Source of the DNA: a virus
Strand: one strand, 5' to 3'
Virus record (IMG/VR): IMGVR_UViG_3300020410_000413
Length of the DNA: 40,209 bases
Positions 34,997 through 40,209 of the stretch are shown one piece after another (position 1 is the stretch's first letter; each line of letters starts with the position of its first letter). Position numbers and translations under genes: made by a program. The notes beneath the pieces were generated by a model. It did no database searches, was not told where the DNA came from, and worked only from the letters and a program-made list of their open reading frames with translations.

Positions 34997-35683
34997 TTAT
35001 TTACCTCCGATAAGGACTTTGAATAGTCCTTTGATTGATGTGAGTAAAGGATAAGGATCGTTGATCCCTATCTCATCAAACAAATACATATTTAATCTAA
35101 AAGCATAATTTGCTTCTGATATTATAGCATTCTTTTCTGATTCTGTGAACCCCATTCCATCTAAACGGAAACGATATATTGTTTTCCATTCCTTTGCATC
35201 ATCTATTGAAGGGAAGTCATAGAAGTCTAATCCTTTTCCTACAGGTGGGTTCAATGCTTTCTTTGCAATATTCTTTAGTATCTGTCCACCAGATAGGTCT
35301 CCAATGTACCTAGTATAATGATGTGCTACTAGTAGATAAGGATCTTGTTCAGCAATCTCTTTAATTCTATAGGTGTATGTGTTACATGCTTCAGTCATAT
35401 AGATTTCATCCTTCCAATAAGGACCATAATAATATTCTAAATCTTTTTCTAAAGATGCTACACGTTCTAACTCTGGATAGTATACTTGTTTAACTCTCTC
35501 ATCATTAGATCCTCTGATAGCAGTCTCCATTGTGCTATACACATAGTAAAACTGAGCAAGTAAGTTACGATACTCTTCTGGATTCAATACACCACGAAGA
35601 AAAGCACCAACAAACTTAGTGTTCTCTGCTGCTGAGTGTGACTTCTTAGTGCCTTCTTTTAATTCTTTTGAAAATTTTACCAC
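34997..35683 (-). CDS. ho1: Heme oxygenase (ferredoxin-dependent)
   Basis: LKEGTKKSHSAAE (proximal His) and AHHYTRYIGDLSGGQIL signature; GTG start. Confidence 0.93.
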   Translation of the reverse strand: MVKFSKELKEGTKKSHSAAENTKFVGAFLRGVLNPEEYRNLLAQFYYVYSTMETAIRGSNDERVKQVYYPELERVASLEKDLEYYYGPYWKDEIYMTEACNTYTYRIKEIAEQDPYLLVAHHYTRYIGDLSGGQILKNIAKKALNPPVGKGLDFYDFPSIDDAKEWKTIYRFRLDGMGFTESEKNAIISEANYAFRLNMYLFDEIGINDPYPLLTSIKGLFKVLIGGK

Positions 35684-36309
35684 TCCATTGCCTCCGAGAT
35701 AATAGGATATTGTTCGACAAAAATTTTCTTACATTCTTCTGCTATTTCCATGTGTTCTTTCTGAGTACCATGTCCTGTTCTTAGTTCTATGTAGTGCATC
35801 CAAGAACGGATAGTTCCTGTCATGTAGATACGAGTAGGAACTGCCATAGGTAGTATCATTCTTGCACATTCTTTAGCGATACCATCTTCAAGCATTTGTT
35901 TATATACATTCATTGTCTCCGCAAAATTATGTTGCATCCAGATCTCATACTTCTGTCTTAGATGAGGATCAAGATCATCAATAGACTTCTGACGATTAGT
36001 TACGTCTTGTCTTCTTAAGTCTGGTAAAGGAATAGTATCACCAAGTAAGCTACTATCAGCATACCGTTGACTAAACTCTTGGAAAGTAAACGACCTATGT
36101 CTCAGTATCTGTGCAGCAATAGCACGAGTTGTCTCTATCTCTAGAGTCATGTGTGCTTGCTCAAAGATTGACCAATGCTGATGCTTGATACAATACTTTA
36201 ATAGTCCTGATACTTTAGGGTTGTCTTGATTGTTAGGGTTAGATACTCTAGCAATGTATCCAATTTGTTGTTCTGCGTCTGGTGTATTACTGATGATACT
36301 TACTTTCAT
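35677..36309 (-). CDS. thyX: FAD-dependent thymidylate synthase
   Basis: RHRSFTFQEFSQRY, HWSIFE and ECARMILP; likely start MKVSII at 36309. Confidence 0.96.
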   Translation of the reverse strand: MKVSIISNTPDAEQQIGYIARVSNPNNQDNPKVSGLLKYCIKHQHWSIFEQAHMTLEIETTRAIAAQILRHRSFTFQEFSQRYADSSLLGDTIPLPDLRRQDVTNRQKSIDDLDPHLRQKYEIWMQHNFAETMNVYKQMLEDGIAKECARMILPMAVPTRIYMTGTIRSWMHYIELRTGHGTQKEHMEIAEECKKIFVEQYPIISEAMEW

Positions 36310-36526
36310 TTCTGTCAAATAAAATTCTAGAGATTACATAGAGTGCTAATGAACTAAGGTATCCTAAAGGAGGTAGTCCAAAGAGACCAGGTATTACCCA
36401 GTTCCAACACTGCCATAGGATAAGAGGTTTAAGAAAGAAGTTAGCAATACTACCTACCGCTTCATAACTTTCTCTTTTTTCTTTTTCTTCCTTAGTTTCT
36501 TGCTTGGGATTAAAGTACACTGTCAT
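36287..36526 (-). CDS. Small membrane protein
   Basis: Hydrophobic C-half (LILWQCWNWVIPGLFGLPPLGYL). Confidence 0.6.
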   Translation of the reverse strand: MTVYFNPKQETKEEKEKRESYEAVGSIANFFLKPLILWQCWNWVIPGLFGLPPLGYLSSLALYVISRILFDRNESKYHQ

Positions 36527-36801
36527 TGTCTACCTCTCCCTTTCTTAGATTTCTTTGCTTGGTCTGCAGGGTTCTTCCAAAGGTTAGGTGCGACTCTACC
36601 TTCTGCCTGTTTGAATGTCACAAAGTCTTTCTTGAATGCATCATAGTAATGATCAAACAAATCTACTGCCTTTGAAGACATAGCAATATCATAATGAGAC
36701 TCACCGTCTTTCTTATACTCTACTAAGTATGCAGTATAAGGAAGGGTGGTATCGTTTGCATCTTCCACCTTGCAATCTTTTTTAAGAACAGTGATACTCA
36801 T
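36523..36801 (-). CDS. Conserved hypothetical protein
   Basis: 92 aa; LPYTAYLVEY...YDI....VDLFDHYYD...Q..G...P.LW, basic tail. Confidence 0.6.
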   Translation of the reverse strand: MSITVLKKDCKVEDANDTTLPYTAYLVEYKKDGESHYDIAMSSKAVDLFDHYYDAFKKDFVTFKQAEGRVAPNLWKNPADQAKKSKKGRGRQ

Positions 36802-37265
36802 GAACGATTACCCCAGATAATTTGTGGAAATGCTTCTTGGATTACTGCCTTAGTGATACGCTTATACTTTGATGTAAGCTTACCATCTTTTACAAGACAG
36901 ATTAATTCTGCCTCCTGTGCAGACAACCCTTCTATGAGTTGTATGAACATTTGTTCTCTCTTTGTTCTCTTAAGAGAATCTTGTCCACCTTTTACAAATC
37001 TAAAGAGACCTCTGTACTCTTGTTCTAAACGAGTATGATCTGTCCCTGCAGGTGCATCGTTAGGTGTGTAAGGAACTTCGCCTTCGGGAATCATGGAGAT
37101 TACACTCTCATCAAAGTTCCAGATTAAAACTTGACGTAAAGCATTAGAGTTATGTTCTCTAAGTAGTTTTACTTTTTCTGCTTTAGTCTTTGCATTAGAG
37201 ACCTTACGTAAGACCTCAGTAATTAGTAATCTAGGATTACTATTTTCAAGTTGTTGTGTTGCCAT
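36798..37265 (-). CDS. Conserved T4-like phage protein (DUF6433-like)
   Basis: LLITEVLRKVSNAKTKAEK...IWNFD...PEGEVPY...KREQMFIQLIEGL...EAEL. Confidence 0.6.
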   Translation of the reverse strand: MATQQLENSNPRLLITEVLRKVSNAKTKAEKVKLLREHNSNALRQVLIWNFDESVISMIPEGEVPYTPNDAPAGTDHTRLEQEYRGLFRFVKGGQDSLKRTKREQMFIQLIEGLSAQEAELICLVKDGKLTSKYKRITKAVIQEAFPQIIWGNRS

Positions 37266-37271
37266 AATTAG

Positions 37272-37505
37272 TTAATCATCATCGTCATCAGACTCGTAAT
37301 CTGCCCACGGATTTTCTCTGCGAACATACATTAGGTCATCATGTAACATGTCACCGTTTTCATCAAACATCTCAGGATGTGTGACTGATTTAGAATAGGC
37401 AGCGTTCTCGATGTAATCTTCAACGTAACCTTTTGCTAACCACGAAACGGTTATACCAAGAATAAAAGCACCAATAACGGTTAATACTACAAGTGCAATT
37501 TCCAT
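37272..37505 (-). CDS. DUF2973-like membrane protein
   Basis: TM helix, THPEMFDENG motif and acidic tail; AAGGAG SD. Confidence 0.6.
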   Translation of the reverse strand: MEIALVVLTVIGAFILGITVSWLAKGYVEDYIENAAYSKSVTHPEMFDENGDMLHDDLMYVRRENPWADYESDDDDD

Positions 37506-37525
37506 AGGACTCTCCTTAGTTATTC

Positions 37526-38218
37526 TTATTTAGTATCGTAAAAGAAGGTCAATGTTAACCTTGAGTCTTCAAAGTCAGTCCCAAAATAACATCCTGCTCT
37601 ATGAGGTGTTCTACCTTCATATGCTATCAGACGATTATAATAATTGTGAATGACATGAACTGTCTCAAAGTTAGTACGGTTATACTCTTCCTTGATAGTA
37701 TTAAATGCTGTGATAACTTCCTCATCATGTGAAGAACAAGCATCAGCATAAGGTTTACCCATCTTAGATTCGTGTAATCTTTTACCGATGTAAGTTCCAG
37801 ACTCATCTGGAATAGGATTTTTATCATTCAGATATATCATTCCAGATAACTGGAACGTATCATTATGATATAACCCTTCACCATGAATACCTGGTGTCAG
37901 ATGATACCAAGCTTCAAATTGATTGATCTCTAGTAATAACCCTAACTCCAACTCAGTTTTAATCTTTAGTTGTAAGACAGGATCTACTTTAGATCTGATA
38001 CCAGGATACCTAGGGTTAGAATCATTGATAGGATTATCATGCTCTTTCTTTAGAGTTGATAGTGCTAACGATCTAACATGGTATGCATTTTCAAAGAACA
38101 TATCTTGGAACCGATAGTTTCTATCAGGTTCACCACTAGTACCCATAGTTGTATGTTGATTACCACCCCTGCCCATCATGGCAAGGTCGGCAACAGTCTT
38201 AGGAATACCTTGATTCAT
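37526..38218 (-). CDS. 2OG-Fe(II) oxygenase-like protein (DUF6445-like)
   Basis: Motifs YHND, SGMIYLN, ESGT, YNRLIAY....PHRA and RLTLTFF. Confidence 0.72.
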   Translation of the reverse strand: MNQGIPKTVADLAMMGRGGNQHTTMGTSGEPDRNYRFQDMFFENAYHVRSLALSTLKKEHDNPINDSNPRYPGIRSKVDPVLQLKIKTELELGLLLEINQFEAWYHLTPGIHGEGLYHNDTFQLSGMIYLNDKNPIPDESGTYIGKRLHESKMGKPYADACSSHDEEVITAFNTIKEEYNRTNFETVHVIHNYYNRLIAYEGRTPHRAGCYFGTDFEDSRLTLTFFYDTK

Positions 38219-38537
38219 ATGCCTTTGTATCGTTTAGAATACGAAATAGATAGTTTCTTATCTTCTCCGCTTTCTTTGTTCCTAGATGACCGTATGCTTC
38301 GGTGCATTGTTTATCACCATCCACTAGGTATGCATCTAGATCAGAAACCATTAAGGCAACTCCCTTGAGAGTAGTAGAGTTTTTAAATCTCTGTATGAAC
38401 TCAGGACTTGCTTTAATTTGTCTCAAATAATTATAACACTTAAATGGAAATTTGTCACGCTCGAAAGCTTGATCAATGGCGTACTCAATTAGTTCGCATA
38501 GTTCCTCATAGTGTGAGGGTAGAAATGGTTTTGCCAT
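38199..38537 (-). CDS. Conserved hypothetical protein
   Basis: 112 aa; EYAIDQAF...YNYL...L..Y..G.KQ..EAYGHLG..KA.KIRNYL. Confidence 0.6.
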   Translation of the reverse strand: MAKPFLPSHYEELCELIEYAIDQAFERDKFPFKCYNYLRQIKASPEFIQRFKNSTTLKGVALMVSDLDAYLVDGDKQCTEAYGHLGTKKAEKIRNYLFRILNDTKAYESRYS

Positions 38538-38543
38538 TTGTAA

Positions 38544-38780
38544 TCAAATAATATTATTCTCTCTCAGGTATTTAACAGTGTCAATACAACCACCTAATTT
38601 ATCTGCATTTAGTAATACTTGTGGGAATGTAGCACCATCTCCAAACTCATCATAGAATGCTCTTCTACTGAAGTGGTGATCTAAAATATATTCCCTGTAT
38701 GAAATAGACTTTCCTTTGAATACTTCTTTAATTTTATCACAATAGGGACAACCTTCTTTGCTATAGACTGCAAAGTTCAT
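38544..38780 (-). CDS. nrdC: Glutaredoxin
   Basis: YSKEGCPYC, TFPQV and LGGC.D motifs; an AGGAG SD precedes ATG 38780. Confidence 0.92.
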   Translation of the reverse strand: MNFAVYSKEGCPYCDKIKEVFKGKSISYREYILDHHFSRRAFYDEFGDGATFPQVLLNADKLGGCIDTVKYLRENNII

Positions 38781-38847
38781 GCCTGATCTCCTATCGTTAA
38801 CTTCTACACCAATTAATGTGTCGTTTAATGCCATGTGAATTGAAATG

Positions 38848-38871
38848 AAAAAGGGTGGAACTTGTCCACCC
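38848..38871 (-). terminator. Rho-independent terminator
   Basis: Stem GGGTGGA/TCCACCC with a 5-nt loop, followed by a T-tract on the minus strand. Confidence 0.75.
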
Positions 38872-38897
38872 AGTTATTTAGAAATTTAACCTTCGCT

Positions 38898-39257
38898 TTA
38901 GAAAGTAAATTTAACACCTGCTTTAGCAGACCAGTCAATGTCATCTTCTGCAGTTACACCAGAGATTTCTCCGTAGAACTTATCATAAGATCCACCAAGG
39001 TATCCGATTAACTCAACGTCACCGAACTCGTCAGTTGACTCTGTGTGAGTTACTGTAGGACCACCAGATACGTACCAACCGATACCACCAGGTGTTTCTC
39101 CCTCGTAACCAACTACTGCTTCTAATCCACCAGATGTATATGATCCGTCTGGATATGAACCTGTTGCTTCTAAGTTAACATATGGACCAGCAAAAGCTGC
39201 ACCAGATACTAGAAGAGGAGTTGCTGCTACTGCAGCTATTGTTGATTTAAAATTCAT
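38898..39257 (-). CDS. Small secreted outer-membrane beta-strand protein
   Basis: Signal peptide MNFKSTIAAVAATPLLVSGAAFA, alternating amphipathic strands and a C-terminal KAGVKFTF (terminal-Phe beta-signal). Confidence 0.75.
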   Translation of the reverse strand: MNFKSTIAAVAATPLLVSGAAFAGPYVNLEATGSYPDGSYTSGGLEAVVGYEGETPGGIGWYVSGGPTVTHTESTDEFGDVELIGYLGGSYDKFYGEISGVTAEDDIDWSAKAGVKFTF

Positions 39258-39270
39258 TTGTTTTTTAGAT

Positions 39271-39362
39271 GTCTCGCAGAAAAAAATCCTGCGGATGTTA
39301 GACCACCCCGACATGGGGGTCTTTGCATTACGCAGGGTTACGATCTTTCGAGTCCTTCGTTA
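39271..39362 (-). ncRNA. Candidate structured 5' leader (cis-regulatory RNA)
   Basis: A GAAA-capped hairpin, a long stem CCUGCG/CGCAGG enclosing GACC/GGUC and CCC/GGG, and a competing CUGCG arm; lies between a perfect promoter and the ATG. Confidence 0.6.
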
Positions 39363-39373
39363 TGTTGGTATTT

Positions 39374-39402
39374 ATTATATCACAAGTCGTTTTTGGTGTC
39401 AA
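39374..39402 (-). promoter_or_regulatory. Perfect sigma70 promoter with an overlapping late motif
   Basis: TTGACA-17 nt-TATAAT, with AATAAATA overlapping the -10. Confidence 0.85.
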
Positions 39403-39538
39403 CTGTGACAGTTTCTTGACTGGCACACTTGGATGCCTTTTTAATTAGTTTAGCGTACAACACATCAGACTGTGAATAAAGATGTGGATTATTCTTCGCT
39501 AGTTTTATTAATTTTTTTGCTGTTTTTCTGTCGCTCAT
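39380..39538 (-). CDS. 52-aa basic protein; not in the ORF track
   Basis: MSDRKTAKKLIKLAKNNPHLYSQSDVLYAKLIKKASKCASQETVTVDTKNDL*; overlaps the upstream ORF by 50 nt. Confidence 0.6.
   Translation of the reverse strand: MSDRKTAKKLIKLAKNNPHLYSQSDVLYAKLIKKASKCASQETVTVDTKNDL
39404..39427. promoter_or_regulatory. Dyad operator-like site
   Basis: TGTGACAGT-N6-ACTGGCACA (8/9 inverted repeat), 1 nt upstream of the -35. Confidence 0.55.
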
Positions 39539-39719
39539 TTCGTATTGTTAGTATTTGTTTTCCAATATCAATTCTACTCTCTCTGTATTCGTCTGAATTA
39601 AAATCTATGTCTATGACATCCATTGGGTCAACAATGGAATCAAACTCTAAATCTTTATTGCCAACGATCTTTTTTAATTGAGGAGTTAATTGATCGCTTG
39701 GGATCTTTGGTAGTTCCAT
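39489..39719 (-). CDS. Hypothetical cyanophage protein (late)
   Basis: 76 aa, immediately after TATAAATA. Confidence 0.65.
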   Translation of the reverse strand: MELPKIPSDQLTPQLKKIVGNKDLEFDSIVDPMDVIDIDFNSDEYRESRIDIGKQILTIRNERQKNSKKINKTSEE

Positions 39720-39722
39720 AGT

Positions 39723-39730
39723 TATTTATA
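39723..39730 (-). promoter_or_regulatory. T4-type late promoter (perfect consensus)
   Basis: TATAAATA 3 nt before the ATG at 39719. Confidence 0.7.
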
Positions 39731-39732
39731 CC

Positions 39733-39758
39733 TAAAAGAAAGGCACCCGAAGGTGCCT
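39733..39758 (-). terminator. psbA terminator
   Basis: AGGCACC-UUCG-GGUGCCU (cUUCGg tetraloop) followed by a U-rich tract. Confidence 0.85.
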
Positions 39759-39804
39759 GTAGTTCCGATTGTAGAGATTCCACGAAAGGTCTCAATCGTA
39801 TTTA

Positions 39805-40209
39805 TTAACCTATTGATGGAGCAGTTAGAGCAACTGTTGTTGACTCTGCACTTGCTAGATCAAGTGGGAAGTTGTGTGCATTTCTTTCATGCATTACTTC
39901 CATACCTAGGTTTGCTCTGTTAAGAACATCTCCCCATGTTGGGATGATTTTTCCGTTAACATCTACAACTGATTGGTTGAAGTTAAATCCGTTAAGGTTG
40001 AATGCCATTGTACAGATACCCATAGAGGTTAACCATACACATACAACAGGGAATACTGCTAGGAAGAAGTGAAGACTTCTTGAGTTGTTGAAAGAAGCAT
40101 ACTGGAAGATAAGACGACCAAAGTAACCGTGTGCTGCTACTATGTTGTATGTTTCTTCTTCTTGTCCGAACTTATAGCCGTAGTTTTGACTCTCTGTTTC
40201 TGTAGTTTC
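39805..40209 (-). CDS. psbA: Photosystem II D1 protein, 3' part (5' end outside window)
   Basis: [51 protein letters not shown]...[17 protein letters not shown] followed by the C-terminal extension. Confidence 0.99.
   Translation of the reverse strand, partial: ETTETESQNYGYKFGQEEETYNIVAAHGYFGRLIFQYASFNNSRSLHFFLAVFPVVCVWLTSMGICTMAFNLNGFNFNQSVVDVNGKIIPTWGDVLNRANLGMEVMHERNAHNFPLDLASAESTTVALTAPSIG

Noticed and set aside
34997-35070. Amphipathic C-terminal helix of heme oxygenase as a novel membrane anchor
   Set aside because: Cyanobacterial HO1 has a comparable C-terminal amphipathic segment, so this is not distinctive.
38781-38834. N-terminal extension of glutaredoxin
   Set aside because: A strong AGGAG SD precedes ATG 38780, which gives a normal-sized glutaredoxin.
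38874-38918. Short echo of the OMP gene end (GTTAAATTT...CTAA twice)
   Set aside because: Too short and AT-rich to distinguish from chance; at most a small duplication scar.
39258-39314. 19-aa N-terminal extension of the OMP-like ORF
   Set aside because: It would bury the signal peptide and runs through the structured leader; kept only as a possible regulatory uAUG.
1-40209. tRNA, rRNA, introns in psbA or thyX, CRISPR arrays, and diversity-generating retroelements for the fibre paralogues
   Set aside because: No T-loop/CCA cloverleaf was noticed, the visible psbA and thyX frames are uninterrupted, there are no spaced repeats, and there is no reverse transcriptase. The fibre paralogue differences are not adenine-specific.

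Overview
This window is a 40 kb segment of an AT-rich T4-like cyanomyovirus (Kyanoviridae-type) genome. The host is probably Prochlorococcus, inferred from the D1 C-terminal sequence type. Almost all genes are on the minus strand. From left to right it holds: two tandem flavin-dependent (PrnA-like) halogenases; Gly/His-rich fibre proteins and large virion structural proteins; an early-promoter island (two 2OG-Fe(II) oxygenases and a Phd/YefM-like ORF); gp5; cpeT and a CP12-like gene; the baseplate hub/tail module (gp27-like, two tape-measure-like paralogues, gp26 plus a start-less gp51-like frame, a gp54-like tube protein, gp4, gp48, gp53); a cluster of small membrane proteins including psbN; gp32, gp33, an exonuclease, phoH, ho1, thyX and glutaredoxin; a small outer-membrane beta protein with a structured leader; and the 3' part of psbA. 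The most notable observation is a probable programmed -1 ribosomal frameshift (U UUU UUC) fusing gp26 to the gp51-like frame directly upstream of the tape-measure-like genes, analogous to lambda G/G-T. Other candidates are two apparently inactivated peptidoglycan-hydrolase domains in a tape-measure-like protein, a 43-bp non-coding direct repeat bracketing the hub module, a switch-like 5' leader RNA, and an ACTG(T/G)CACA operator-like motif at three sigma70 promoters. Family assignments come from recognising motifs by eye; no database searches were run. No tRNA, rRNA, CRISPR array or mobile element was seen.
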